Assembly: GCF_046105845.1 (NCBI RefSeq)
Contig: NZ_CP151004.1
From: Escherichia coli
Lineage (GTDB): Bacteria > Pseudomonadota > Gammaproteobacteria > Enterobacterales > Enterobacteriaceae
Length of the DNA: 64,000 bases
Strand: one strand, 5' to 3'
Within the stretch, counting starts at the first letter, position 1, and the number at the start of each line of letters is the position of its first letter. Positions 51,851 to 62,617 of the stretch are shown here, in pieces. A program made the translations under genes and the position numbers. The notes beneath the pieces were generated by a model. That model had not been told where the DNA came from. It did no database searches and saw only the letters and a list, made by a program, of their open reading frames with translations.

Positions 51851-52441
51851 TTAAACATCCTGGTGAGGGAAAAGCGTGTTATCGATCAGATCGCACAGGC
51901 AATTTACCGTCAGCATATGCATTTCCTGAATGCGAGCACTACGATGCGAAGGAATGCGGATCTCCACATCCTGTGGCCCTAACAAACCTGCAAGTTCACC
52001 GCCGTCATAGCCGGTTAATGCCACAATGGTCATATCACGCGTAACGGCAGCTTCTACCGCTTTTACAATATCGCGGCTGTTGCCACGGGTGGAAATGGCT
52101 AACAATACATCCCCCGCATGACCCAGCGCCCGCACCTGTTTTGCATACACTTCATCATGTAAGCGATCGTTGGCAATCGCCGTTAAGACAACATTATCAG
52201 TATTTAGTGCAATGGCAGGTAAGCTGGGCCGCTCCGTTTCGAAACGGTTGATCATGCTGGCAGCAAAATGCTGTGCATTGGCAGCGGAAGTTCCATTACC
52301 ACAACAGAGGATTTTGTTGCCATTGAGCAGAGACTGAACCAGCGTCATGGCTGCACGGGAGATGGCATCCGGAAGCGCCTCTGCCGCCGCAATTTGAGTT
52401 TGAATGCTTTCAGTGAAGCAAGCTTTAATTCTTTCTTGCAC
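51851..52441 (-). CDS. diaA: DnaA initiator-associating protein DiaA (SIS domain), 196 aa
   Basis: [63 protein letters not shown]. Confidence 0.95.
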
Positions 52442-52460
52442 GCTAATCCTTAAACCTTAA

Positions 52461-52856
52461 TTATGAGTGGTCATTAAAGGCATCCTTAATCCACTCAACC
52501 TCATTCCCGGTGAAGGCTACCACATCGAACCGGCAATCCACAGTATCAAAACTCCCATTATGACGCGCGAGCCACAAGCGGGCAGTCTGTAATAATTTGT
52601 GTTGTTTGCTGCGGGTCACACTGGCTGCCGCGCCGCCATAAAGCGCAGAGCGGCGGTAACGCACCTCAACAAAAACGGTGGTCCGGCCTTCACGCATTAT
52701 CAGATCGATCTCGCCGCCACGCTCGTTCACGTTAGCGGCGATAAACCGCAGTCCTTTGCCTTCCAGCCAGCGACGCGCTTGTGCTTCCCACGCATCGCCG
52801 GTCTGTTTGGTGGTTAACTGGCGGGGACTACCTGACCTTGTTGGTACTGTAGCCAT
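52461..52856 (-). CDS. yraN: UPF0102 family protein YraN, 131 aa
   Basis: [57 protein letters not shown]; start lies about 43 nt inside the lpoA 3' end. Confidence 0.88.
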   Translation of the reverse strand: MATVPTRSGSPRQLTTKQTGDAWEAQARRWLEGKGLRFIAANVNERGGEIDLIMREGRTTVFVEVRYRRSALYGGAAASVTRSKQHKLLQTARLWLARHNGSFDTVDCRFDVVAFTGNEVEWIKDAFNDHS

Positions 52857-54850
52857 GATAACTTCCTGTTAATCACGCAATCCGGGTTAGCCGTCAGACT
52901 TCCGGTATTACCGTTGATTTCAAAACCCTGAACCTGGCGCATTTGTGAGAAATGATTTGTCAACGACCAGGCATCGACGCCCATCGCATACATGCGAGCC
53001 AGCGAATAATCGTTGTTCACCGCGCTGAGCGCCTGCTGCATTAACGGCAGATTACCGCCTGCCAGCATCGGGATTTCGCTGTACTGCAAGCCTTCCATCT
53101 CCAGACGGAAATCCGGGCCTGCGGTGCCTTGTGCGCTGCGGGAACTGGCGTACAGCGTTGCACCGCTCTGGCTACCGTTACGCATGGCGATCATCGGTTT
53201 GATAAAAGCGATTTCACCCGGCGTTGCCACAATGTAGACCGCATCGACACGACCGCCATTATTGGTGAACTGGTCATCGGTTGGCGTGGTTTGCAGCGTT
53301 GGATTGTTGGTCGTCATGCCGGAGTCGGTTGTCGCTCTGGGAGTAATCGGGCTACCCGTTAAAGCAATACCAGAACCGCCGTTAACACCCGCGCGTAATT
53401 CGCTGGTGGAACCAAATTTTTGTTGCAGAACGGTGCCGCCACCCAGTTTCTGCCACTCTTGCGCAAACGCATTGGCTACGCGATCGCCCAATGAACTACG
53501 TGGGATCAGCACCAGCGGCGCTTGTTTACCCTGGTCACGAATATGACGCGCAGCATCGCGCGCTTCGTCTTCTGGTGAAAGCGCGAAGTAACAAATATTG
53601 ACGCGGTTTTCGATATTCTCCGGCTGGTTCAGTGCCAGCACGTTCAGCGGGGTGTTGCTCTTCAGCAACTCTTCAACGTTATTTTTCAGCAACGGGCCGA
53701 CCACAATACTCGCGCCATCCTGTTGAACCTGGTTGAGGATCTGGCTAAGTGGTTGTGATGATGTATCGTAGATTTTCAGCTCTGCGGATGGATTCGCAGG
53801 TGCGCTTACCGCTGCGGTGGTTGCCGCCGGGGCGTTTACAGGCACCGGCTGGGCCGCAGGTTGTTCACCGGTCAGATCGCTAACCGAGGCTTGTGCCGGG
53901 CTGGCAACGCCATCCACGGTTTGCGGCTGAGGTTGTTCTGCTACGTCTGCGGCAGGTGCGGCAGCTACCTGAGTCGCCACTGGCTGAGTGCCGATATTTT
54001 TCGCCGCTTCAAAGCCTTGCTGAATAGTGCGACCAAATACCGCTGCCTGGCCATTCAGTGGCAACAGCAGGGCGATTTTGTTGGTCGATGCGGGTTTAAA
54101 CGCTTTTACGTTAACCAACTGCGTTGGCAGCATTTTCGCGCCCGGGTTGTTCGGATAACGTTTCTGCCAGTCGGCGATCCCGGCTTTCATCATGTCGGGA
54201 TCGTTACGGTTATCAAACCAGATGCGCTGCAGATCCAGCCAGCCTTGCAGAATATTTTCGTCGGCATTGATCACCAGCGTATTCGCCTGTTCCTGAGTCA
54301 TGGAGGAGAGCGCCTGCCAGGTGGCGTCAATATTCTGCTGCTTTTCTTTCGCGCCGAGCAGCGGTTCCTGAGCAATTAACGCGCGCAGTAAATCAATGGA
54401 AGGACGCCCCTGGCTGGCATCGATTTTTGCCTGCCAGTAACGCGCTTGCTGGTTTTGTTCTAAATCTGCAGGTGTGATTTTCGCCAGCAAGTTTTGCGCG
54501 CCAGCAAAATCTTTCTGCGCCAGTTTAATCTCTGCCGCCAGCAGTGTTTTCTCGCGACGCTGAGAATCGTTCAGTTCTTGCGGTAGTTGGTTAAACAACT
54601 CCACCGCCTGTCCGGTTTTACCTTCTTTCACCAGTGCACGAATGGCGAGTAATTGCCAGTTGATCCTGGTATCATCAGAACTTTGCTGCATCTGTTGCAG
54701 GTAAAAGGCAGAATCAGCCTGCGCCGTGCCCTGCATATAGGCAGTGGACTGATCGGGAGTATGGGTGCCACAACCGGCGAAAATCAGGGCTGCCAGAACA
54801 ACAGGCAGACAACGCGCGGCTTTCAAACGAGAAAATGTTGAGGGTACCAT
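52814..54850 (-). CDS. lpoA: PBP1A activator lipoprotein LpoA, 678 aa
   Basis: ORF 52814..54880; conserved start [28 protein letters not shown] (lipobox) at ATG 54848-54850. Confidence 0.93.
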   Translation of the reverse strand: MVPSTFSRLKAARCLPVVLAALIFAGCGTHTPDQSTAYMQGTAQADSAFYLQQMQQSSDDTRINWQLLAIRALVKEGKTGQAVELFNQLPQELNDSQRREKTLLAAEIKLAQKDFAGAQNLLAKITPADLEQNQQARYWQAKIDASQGRPSIDLLRALIAQEPLLGAKEKQQNIDATWQALSSMTQEQANTLVINADENILQGWLDLQRIWFDNRNDPDMMKAGIADWQKRYPNNPGAKMLPTQLVNVKAFKPASTNKIALLLPLNGQAAVFGRTIQQGFEAAKNIGTQPVATQVAAAPAADVAEQPQPQTVDGVASPAQASVSDLTGEQPAAQPVPVNAPAATTAAVSAPANPSAELKIYDTSSQPLSQILNQVQQDGASIVVGPLLKNNVEELLKSNTPLNVLALNQPENIENRVNICYFALSPEDEARDAARHIRDQGKQAPLVLIPRSSLGDRVANAFAQEWQKLGGGTVLQQKFGSTSELRAGVNGGSGIALTGSPITPRATTDSGMTTNNPTLQTTPTDDQFTNNGGRVDAVYIVATPGEIAFIKPMIAMRNGSQSGATLYASSRSAQGTAGPDFRLEMEGLQYSEIPMLAGGNLPLMQQALSAVNNDYSLARMYAMGVDAWSLTNHFSQMRQVQGFEINGNTGSLTANPDCVINRKLSWLQYQQGQVVPAS

Positions 54851-54914
54851 AATGTATCCAGTGATATTTTTTTTACGCAATGCTCAATATTAAATCGGCA
54901 ATACGGACGACACA

Positions 54915-55775
54915 ATGAAACAACACCAATCGGCGGATAATTCTCAGGGCCAGCTTTACATTGTACCGACGCCAATCGGCAATCTGGCGGATATCACCCA
55001 GCGTGCGTTGGAGGTATTACAGGCCGTTGATCTGATTGCCGCCGAGGATACGCGTCACACCGGTTTATTGCTGCAACATTTTGGGATTAATGCTCGGTTG
55101 TTTGCGCTGCACGACCATAACGAACAACAAAAAGCCGAAACGCTGCTGGCGAAGCTGCAAGAGGGGCAAAACATTGCGCTGGTTTCCGATGCCGGAACGC
55201 CGCTAATTAACGATCCTGGCTACCATCTGGTGCGTACCTGCCGTGAAGCGGGGATTCGCGTGGTGCCGCTACCCGGGCCGTGTGCTGCTATCACTGCGTT
55301 AAGCGCCGCGGGTTTACCATCCGATCGTTTTTGTTATGAAGGCTTTTTACCTGCCAAATCAAAAGGCCGCCGTGATGCGCTAAAAGCCATTGAAGCGGAG
55401 CCGCGCACGCTGATTTTTTATGAATCTACCCACCGTCTGTTAGATAGCCTGGAAGATATCGTTGCGGTATTAGGCGAATCCCGCTACGTGGTTCTGGCGC
55501 GTGAGCTGACCAAAACCTGGGAAACCATTCACGGCGCGCCCGTTGGCGAGCTGCTGGCGTGGGTCAAAGAAGATGAAAACCGTCGCAAAGGCGAAATGGT
55601 ACTGATTGTCGAAGGCCATAAAGCACAGGAAGAAGACTTACCCGCCGATGCCCTGCGCACGCTGGCGCTGCTACAGGCAGAACTGCCGCTGAAAAAAGCG
55701 GCGGCGCTGGCGGCAGAAATTCACGGCGTGAAGAAAAATGCGCTATATAAGTATGCGCTGGAGCAGCAGGGGTAA
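54915..55775 (+). CDS. rsmI: 16S rRNA C1402 2'-O-methyltransferase RsmI, 286 aa
   Basis: [58 protein letters not shown]. Confidence 0.95.
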
Positions 55776-55790
55776 GCCTGCTGCTGGAAA

Positions 55791-56885
55791 TTACCTGACA
55801 ATAACCGTAATGGTAGCTGATGCTTTAAAAGGTCCGGTCGACAATACTCCACCGACCAGATTTACAGGATAAGCCTGAAAGTGTGTTGTTCCTGCTCCGG
55901 TTTTATCTAGCAGAATGATGCCTGGATTAAATGGAACATCTACTTGCCCTTTAGTCACATCCATAAGGCGGATACCAACATCAGGGACATCATCACTTTC
56001 ACGGCGTCTTGCGACTAAATTATATTGATTAACATAATCTGAACCTTCAATTTTCATATACAAGCTATTGTTAATTTGGGACATATCACCGCAATCATAG
56101 GTAATATCAAAGCTTACTGGAGTGTAACCTGTTGGCATCTGATTTTGTAGGGTGAAACGTTGAGCGCTAATAAATCCAAGATTTACATTAATGGTATCAC
56201 CTTGATTTATTTTGCAACTTTGAGGTACCGTAATTCGGCCTTGAATATAGATTTTAGCAATATCCTTAATGGGACGTGGTGCAGCAGAAGTACTTGTCCA
56301 CGCAGCCTGGACTGAAGCAATATGTGTTTCAGGGATATTCAGTTCACCCAAAAATGGCGTAGTGACGTATAGTGTAATCGTTGTATTTTTACCAATAGAA
56401 AAGTCTGATCCCCGAACATTGGCTGGGTCGGCCATGCACACACTATTGTTTTTGTTAGCATGGTAAGTACCAGTACCGTCTCTAAGCGGTGTATATGAAT
56501 TGCTTGGAACCATAACAGATGGATTACCAGGAATGTCGTTTATTTGGGTTTTAATATCCAGATTAGAATTCAGTCGATAGAAATCTCGTTCTTTACCTTG
56601 AGTTATTAATGCAGATGTTACTGTATAATACAGGTTAACTTTACTACCTGCCGGACAAGAGCAGTTTAAGGTGTAATTGCTCCCAATAGCTGAATTCTTT
56701 ACCACATAATCTTTGCCGGCAACATTATTATCTTGTGTCCAGTCCTCAGAAGCATCTGTCCGAAATTCACCTGTTCCTTCACAATCACCTGTTGCTGCCT
56801 TTACCGATGGGCTAAGTAACAGGGGGGAGACCACGGCAGCAATAGACAATAGTTGTTTAATCATTTTGAAACTCCCTAAAGACAC
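55791..56885 (-). CDS. yraK: Putative fimbrial adhesin/tip protein of the yra chaperone-usher operon
   Basis: MSLGSFKMIKQLLSIAAVVSPLLLSPSVKAATGDCEGTGEF (signal peptide; start could be the internal MIKQ); last gene of the usher operon. Confidence 0.85.
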   Translation of the reverse strand: MSLGSFKMIKQLLSIAAVVSPLLLSPSVKAATGDCEGTGEFRTDASEDWTQDNNVAGKDYVVKNSAIGSNYTLNCSCPAGSKVNLYYTVTSALITQGKERDFYRLNSNLDIKTQINDIPGNPSVMVPSNSYTPLRDGTGTYHANKNNSVCMADPANVRGSDFSIGKNTTITLYVTTPFLGELNIPETHIASVQAAWTSTSAAPRPIKDIAKIYIQGRITVPQSCKINQGDTINVNLGFISAQRFTLQNQMPTGYTPVSFDITYDCGDMSQINNSLYMKIEGSDYVNQYNLVARRRESDDVPDVGIRLMDVTKGQVDVPFNPGIILLDKTGAGTTHFQAYPVNLVGGVLSTGPFKASATITVIVR

Positions 56886-59398
56886 TTTGCCGAATCACGA
56901 ATAATGGGGGTAGTGATGTTCGCGCTATCGTTCAGACTAAACGTAAACTGGCATTGTTGGTTTATTCCACTTCCCCAGCGAACCTTCCAGGTTTGTGGTT
57001 TTTTATTAATGCCGGAGAGATAAATAACTCCAGCTTCATCGACAATACTTTGTTGGAATTGGCCTTCATTACTGGCAACAGCACCAAAAGGAATGGGCTT
57101 ACCTTGGACGTCAGTTAGTGCTAATAGCACTCTGTGACCGGTTTGGGCATTAAAATTTGCAACGACAGCGGCGCCCTGTCCTGGCACGACAATCTTTGCA
57201 GTCTCCTGGACATCTACATTATCCGGCATTGTAGTAGTGTCTAAGGCAATACGATTTTCCTGATAAGCCGTTAAATAAGGGATGACGGCGTAACCAAAGT
57301 AATCGGTGGCAATACCAGGGTAATTTTTAACCCGAATATTAGATGCACCCTGGGTATCAATTACGGCAAATGTATTACCCAGCGGTTGTGAGAGAGTCAC
57401 CCCATGGGGGTGTGCGACAATTCCACCTGAAAGACCATAGCTGAACTGGCGACTGTTTGACGTGTAATCATAGTTGGCGTTAACAGTGCCATAAGCAGAG
57501 CGGTAACTACCAGAAAGCGTACTGCCGTTATTATTATTTTCCTGGTCCATTCGTTGTTTAAAGCTGTAACTTAATCGGTTGTCATCAAGGAAAGAACCGG
57601 TAATGCCAGTCTCATATTGAGTTGAACGGTATTTTTCATCAGTGACACGAAACGTAGCTTGTGCATTAGGTAACCAACGATCCAGAGGCAGACTAATACT
57701 AAAAAAGATTGCCCTATCACTATCGCGATCGGAATAATCTGTGAATTGTCCACTCACGCTGTAGCTGATGCCGGCAAGATAGCCGTTCAGTCCGGCAGAA
57801 TAATTGCGATCATTTTGTTCTGCTCCCCAGTATTCTCGTTGTGCACCTGAAATATAAAAACTGAGATTATCAGTCAGCGTTTGGTTAACGTTGAAAATCG
57901 CTTCGCTGCGTTGGCGATTGTTTACATTAATATCACGTTGGTTTGCGTCGGCAAAGGTAAAAAAAACTGAGTTGGAATAGCGCGAGTAACTAAGAGAAAG
58001 GCTTGTTCCTGTTTCGGGTATATCTTTAATATATTGAAAACGTAAACCTTCCCCGGTAAATTTTTCTTTATTTTCTAACTTCGTTTTGGCATAAGTTAAA
58101 TCAACGGAAAGTGCGCCCAAAATACTCAATGTGCTACCGATGCCTAATGCTGCTGCTTGATAATCCTTGGATCCAGTTACCCCACCATAAAGAGTGAAAA
58201 TATTAGTAAGGCCGTAAAATGCTGTGCCTTCGATGAACTCTGGTTCTTTACTATTAGATGACGGGTCTGCACGAAATCGCCCTGCTGTCATGCTATATAA
58301 AAGATGGCCTGGCCGTTGCATAACAGGAAGTGCTGAAAACGGCTGAGTAAATTGGCGAACGGTACCATCGGCTTCTTCAATTGTAACGTCTAAATCACCG
58401 CTAAATGAGGATGGATAGAGATCGTTGATTTCGAATGCTCCCGCCGGGACATTGCTTTGATAAATTGTATAGCCATTCTGGCGGATGGTGACTATTGCGC
58501 TGGTATTGGCAATCCCACGGATAATCGGTGCAAAACCTCGTAAGCTATTCGGTAACATGTTCTCGTCAGAATAAATTCTGGCACCCGTAAACTGAACGCT
58601 GGAAAAAATTGTGCCATCAGTGGCGCTTTCACCAAGCACTAATTGCGACTTTAAACTCTTAATATCACGCTGCAACCAACTATTAATACTATCCCAGCGA
58701 GTCTCATTACTGCTATGTGTCCACGTGGAGTAATTACGCAACCGCCATGGGCCGATATTGACTCCATTTTGCATATTGAGATAAAACCTTTCATTCTTTT
58801 CGCTGTTACTATAATAACTGTTCGAGCCACTAAAACTGTAATTGGTAAACAATACTGGAATACCATGATCCCACCTGGCGGGATCAACATAACCAGAAGG
58901 GTCACGCCGCAGGGCAATTTGTGGAATGTCCAGGATGAGAGTGCTATGGTTGAGGTCTATCTTTGTTTTGCTTCCAGGTACGGTTTTGGATAAATCTGTT
59001 ATCAGGGCGTTGTCATCAAGAGTATTTAGTGAATTTATTTCGTCAACTTTAAAACCCAATTCGCGTAAAAGACCAACGGTAAGCTGTGGGCGAATTTCTC
59101 CATTATCATCTATAGCAAAAGTGATTTTTCTCTGAGTCACCTTTTTTTTATTGATAACGATCTCAACATCATAATCACCGGGACTATGAGTATTTTTACC
59201 GGAGAAAGCAGATAAATCGCTTGCCTTTTGACCACTCTTTGTTGTTTCCAGCAATGAGGGATCAAAATAGTAATTGTCAGCAATGGCATGAAGAGGGGAC
59301 AGAACTCCACCAGTAATAAGAACAGGTAATACTGTTTTTAACCAGCAGGAAAGTGGTTTCATAACAGGTAAAGAGATGCATTTTATTTTGGTTTTCAT
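56876..59398 (-). CDS. yraJ: Fimbrial outer-membrane usher protein, 840 aa
   Basis: MKTKIKCISLPVMKPLSCWLKTVLPVLITGGVLSPLHAIADNYYFDPSLLE; usher-size beta-barrel protein; C-terminal Cys pair. Confidence 0.92.
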   Translation of the reverse strand: MKTKIKCISLPVMKPLSCWLKTVLPVLITGGVLSPLHAIADNYYFDPSLLETTKSGQKASDLSAFSGKNTHSPGDYDVEIVINKKKVTQRKITFAIDDNGEIRPQLTVGLLRELGFKVDEINSLNTLDDNALITDLSKTVPGSKTKIDLNHSTLILDIPQIALRRDPSGYVDPARWDHGIPVLFTNYSFSGSNSYYSNSEKNERFYLNMQNGVNIGPWRLRNYSTWTHSSNETRWDSINSWLQRDIKSLKSQLVLGESATDGTIFSSVQFTGARIYSDENMLPNSLRGFAPIIRGIANTSAIVTIRQNGYTIYQSNVPAGAFEINDLYPSSFSGDLDVTIEEADGTVRQFTQPFSALPVMQRPGHLLYSMTAGRFRADPSSNSKEPEFIEGTAFYGLTNIFTLYGGVTGSKDYQAAALGIGSTLSILGALSVDLTYAKTKLENKEKFTGEGLRFQYIKDIPETGTSLSLSYSRYSNSVFFTFADANQRDINVNNRQRSEAIFNVNQTLTDNLSFYISGAQREYWGAEQNDRNYSAGLNGYLAGISYSVSGQFTDYSDRDSDRAIFFSISLPLDRWLPNAQATFRVTDEKYRSTQYETGITGSFLDDNRLSYSFKQRMDQENNNNGSTLSGSYRSAYGTVNANYDYTSNSRQFSYGLSGGIVAHPHGVTLSQPLGNTFAVIDTQGASNIRVKNYPGIATDYFGYAVIPYLTAYQENRIALDTTTMPDNVDVQETAKIVVPGQGAAVVANFNAQTGHRVLLALTDVQGKPIPFGAVASNEGQFQQSIVDEAGVIYLSGINKKPQTWKVRWGSGINQQCQFTFSLNDSANITTPIIRDSAKCL

Positions 59399-59450
59399 TA
59401 TTCCCTTATTTCCTTATTCCCTGTCATATGTATAAGTTTTGTATAAATAA

Positions 59451-60143
59451 TTATGGCAAAGTAGATGTATATGTATCCGTATTACCGCCATAGTCATTAA
59501 TGGCTGCCCATTTCACGATGTTTTCTGAAACTAATGGCAATGGTAATTGCTTATGTTCACCCGGTGCAATAAATTCTATTTTATCGGTAAAGTCGGTTTT
59601 TCCTACAGCCAGTCCTGAAAAAACAACGTAATATGCCGAAGGATTATATATCTCCAGTTGGTTGTTCTTCCTTGAGAATTTTAGGCCTTTATAGGCATCT
59701 GAAGGTCTACCGTCCATTTCTGATGGTCTGTAAAAGAGTTTAATGCGTGTTTTAAATACTAAAGTAAGTAGGTTCTTATCTTGCGTTTCTTTTTTATCGA
59801 CAGCAGGAATTGCACGGACGTTAATATAAAAAAGTGATTCTTTATCTCTCGGTAGATTGCCATCGGTTTTAATGATACGCAATGAAGAGTTGTCTCCGGC
59901 ATCAAGACGAAATAGCGGAGGGGTAATAATAAAAGGGCCGCGAGAAGAGTCATAGATATTTTCAACCCACGATTGTAATAAATATGGTGGTTTATCACTT
60001 CGATTAGTGACCGGCAATGCAGCTTCTTTTTTACTACCATCATAAACTACACGCGTTCTTTCCAGAAGGATTCCACCAGCCAGACTCTGGTTCACCCAGC
60101 CAGCTAATAGAAAAAGTATTGCAAACGATTTTTTAATCTTCAT
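59451..60143 (-). CDS. yraI: PapD-like periplasmic fimbrial chaperone, 230 aa
   Basis: [62 protein letters not shown]. Confidence 0.92.
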   Translation of the reverse strand: MKIKKSFAILFLLAGWVNQSLAGGILLERTRVVYDGSKKEAALPVTNRSDKPPYLLQSWVENIYDSSRGPFIITPPLFRLDAGDNSSLRIIKTDGNLPRDKESLFYINVRAIPAVDKKETQDKNLLTLVFKTRIKLFYRPSEMDGRPSDAYKGLKFSRKNNQLEIYNPSAYYVVFSGLAVGKTDFTDKIEFIAPGEHKQLPLPLVSENIVKWAAINDYGGNTDTYTSTLP

Positions 60144-60232
60144 CTTCTGTTACCGCTACGAAATAAAATTGTCTCTTTAACAGCAGACCGCTAAAGAGAC
60201 AAAATAAAGGATTATGAACTAATGACTAGTTA

Positions 60233-60805
60233 TCAACGATAATCAAGAGTTACATCCACAGTAGCATTAGCTTCACCGGGTTTGATTTTATCGGCTGTTG
60301 TGGTTGACACATAGTAAGCCGCTAAATCTAAATTCATCGTGGAACCAGTAATTGGGAAAGATATCTTTGGAACACTAAGTTTGTTAATTGCCATAGGTGT
60401 TTGAGCATCTTTTTCAATCCGAATACCAACACCTGTAGCCGCGGTATCTGGGTCCATACTTGTAACAGCAACTAACTCATTGTTATCACCGGTAGTTGCT
60501 CCGTTACGCGTTTCCAGCCATAACTGGAAAGACGCATCTTTAGTACCATCAATGTGATCCCAGGCTACCGTTGGGCAGTTTTTCAACGGAATAGTGAAAG
60601 GGATCGTAGGGGATTTATCCCCTTTAAACTTAAACTGATTAGCGGCATAGTGACCTAATTCAACATAAACTGTATCACCATTCGCAAATTCACAGACAGT
60701 GCCAAGAATTTCACCCGTGAATTCAATTTTTCCATCGGTTGCGGAGGCGCTACCGGCAAAAAGCGCCAGCAGGCCAGCGGCAACTGTCTTAGCTACTTTA
60801 CTCAT
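60233..60805 (-). CDS. yraH: Fimbrial major subunit (pilin), 190 aa
   Basis: MSKVAKTVAAGLLALFAGSASATDGKIEFTGEILGTVCEF (signal peptide, conserved Cys pair); first gene of the usher operon. Confidence 0.9.
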   Translation of the reverse strand: MSKVAKTVAAGLLALFAGSASATDGKIEFTGEILGTVCEFANGDTVYVELGHYAANQFKFKGDKSPTIPFTIPLKNCPTVAWDHIDGTKDASFQLWLETRNGATTGDNNELVAVTSMDPDTAATGVGIRIEKDAQTPMAINKLSVPKISFPITGSTMNLDLAAYYVSTTTADKIKPGEANATVDVTLDYR

Positions 60806-61285
60806 AAGATAACCTTAGTCCTTGTAACTAGTACTTCGAATAAATATGAAATGTAAGATTCTTTTCAACAACAGAAACGATTATACCTACTGAAGCATGG
60901 AGTGGATAAAAAATAGTCATTTTTAAGAATATATTTATATTTCCTGAAGCTATTTAAAAACCATATATATTAGTATTGATTATGTTATGATGTGAATGTA
61001 GTAAGACTAAAAGGGTAATTATAAGTATAATTCAATGGGTTGATAGCAGTTATTGTAATGATAATCACTAATATTGACTTTTGTAGTTATGAGTTGTGAA
61101 CTGTAAGAATAAAATGTAATATGTTATGACGTTTAATAGTTGATGTTGTTAAATATAAGCTTAATTAAACTATATGATATTGAAAAAGTGGGGATGGATA
61201 ACTAAAACTATTTTGCCTGTATATACGAGCAGTGGAAGGGGTTTGCACAGGAAGCCCTTTCTTCTGTTGAACAGGCCTCCCCTAC
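60806..61285 (-). promoter_or_regulatory. Extremely AT-rich upstream/regulatory region of the yraHIJK fimbrial operon
   Basis: About 480 bp of long A/T tracts (e.g. atatatattagtattgattatgttatgatgtgaatg); no convincing ORF; typical of nucleoid-protein-silenced fimbrial promoters. Confidence 0.45.
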
Positions 61286-61403
61286 GATGGTTGCAGAACG
61301 GGCGTTCTTCTGCGAGTGCTCTGACACGTTATCGATAGCCTTCACTGGCCGTGAATCAGACGATTATCAATACGAGTTAAGAGAATATTTGACAATGTCA
61401 TGT
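61286..61403 (-). pseudogene. Relic of a mannose-family PTS operon: EIIB start (19 codons) joined out of frame to an EIID-like fragment
   Basis: Minus strand from ATG 61401-61403 reads MTLSNILLTRIDNRLIHGQ* (EIIB-Man hallmark RIDxRLIHGQ); the next frame reads VKAIDNVSEHSQKNARSATI, about 80 percent nucleotide-identical to agaD 62874-62950 (VKAIDKVRENSQMIARSATI). Confidence 0.6.
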
Positions 61404-61451
61404 TTTTATTTCCTATCATCCATTTCACCTTTATTTGGTTTATCAGAGGGC

Positions 61452-61482
61452 AATAAAAAAGGCAGATAATTAATTATCTGCC
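61452..61482 (-). terminator. Intrinsic terminator on the minus strand about 370 nt downstream of agaI
   Basis: Perfect palindrome ggcagataattaattatctgcc (61461-61482) followed on the minus strand by a U-run (complement of aaaaaa 61455-61460). Confidence 0.6.
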
Positions 61483-61852
61483 TGATGTGTCATGCTTTTT
61501 TTGCATCCGTTCTCATGTTTTTACCAGAAAATATCTTTGTGTGCCGAAGTTAAAACGTAAGTAATTTCACCGTTTTGCACATAGTGGCAGCAACCTTCAA
61601 TAATGATTCTGGCATTGCAAGCAAAATGATTGACCCATTCGGTCGCTGTGTGTCCGCTTTTTTCGTTGGCGGGTTTTGTTCTGATTACTGAACAACGTAA
61701 CGTGTTTATCTATAAATTAAACAGTGAACATAATTTCATTTTTAAGTGAAATTATGTTCAAGTTGATTACAGATTACTTAACTTAAAATATAGTTAATGA
61801 AGTTAAAGTATTGGTTTTGGCGTATTAGTCGTATTTCTGATAAAGAAAGTGG

Positions 61853-62617
61853 TTATGCTTTGCTTCTCTCTATTAAACAAATAAAGTTACTGTGCAGCCA
61901 TAAAAACGAAGCCGGGATAGCGGTGGAGACTTTAGCCGTGAGAAAACGTTCTGTCGCATCCTGCTTTCCTTCGCCAGTCACCAGTAACAAAACTTCGCGG
62001 GCACTGAGAATATCCTTCAGGCCTAAGGTGATCCCACGAATCACGGGACGGCCCGCGGTTTTTAACATCTCATGTTGCTGTGTTCTGGCATCAAGTTGAC
62101 TGATATGGCAGGCCGGTTGCAGGCTTTCTCCCGGTTCGTTCAGCCCAAGATGACCGTTTTTCCCCAACCCGAGAACGCATAAATCCAGACCGCCTTTGCG
62201 CGCAATCAGGTTCGTTACCCGTTCGCACTCTGTCTCATTTATCTCTTCGGAGCGAAAGCTGATGAGCTGGTCTTCACGCAGCCCCAGCGGCTGCACGATA
62301 TGCTGTTGTAGGAAAGTTTCGCAGGTGCCAGGCATCGTTAATGGCAGATCCACCCATTCGTCGAGCTTCACGAAGGTGAGCTGGCTGACATCAACCTGCT
62401 GCTGGTGGATTTTTTCTACCAGATAATGATACGTCAGTAATGGCGTGGCTCCGGTCGCCAGGCAAATCACGGCATCCGGTTTGCTACGGATCACGGCCAA
62501 TAAATATTCGCTGGCACGTTCACTTAACGCCGTATAGTTTTCAACTTGTTGAAGGGTTTGCACAGGATGAAATTCCTTAAGTAAAGAGGCACCGCCAGAC
62601 GCGGTGCCTCGTTCCAT
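61853..62617 (-). CDS. agaI: Galactosamine-6-phosphate deaminase/isomerase-like protein (NagB family), 254 aa
   Basis: MERGTASGGASLLKEFHPVQTLQQVENYTALSERASEYLLAVIRSKPDAVICLATGATPLLTYHYLVEK. Confidence 0.9.
   Translation of the reverse strand: MERGTASGGASLLKEFHPVQTLQQVENYTALSERASEYLLAVIRSKPDAVICLATGATPLLTYHYLVEKIHQQQVDVSQLTFVKLDEWVDLPLTMPGTCETFLQQHIVQPLGLREDQLISFRSEEINETECERVTNLIARKGGLDLCVLGLGKNGHLGLNEPGESLQPACHISQLDARTQQHEMLKTAGRPVIRGITLGLKDILSAREVLLLVTGEGKQDATERFLTAKVSTAIPASFLWLHSNFICLIERSKA

Noticed and set aside
61287-61469. 60-aa plus-strand ORF in the agaI-yraH spacer
   Set aside because: It is the antisense reading of the PTS EIIB/EIID relic; its similarity to ORF 62742..62945 is a by-product of the agaD-like nucleotide repeat, not a real protein family.
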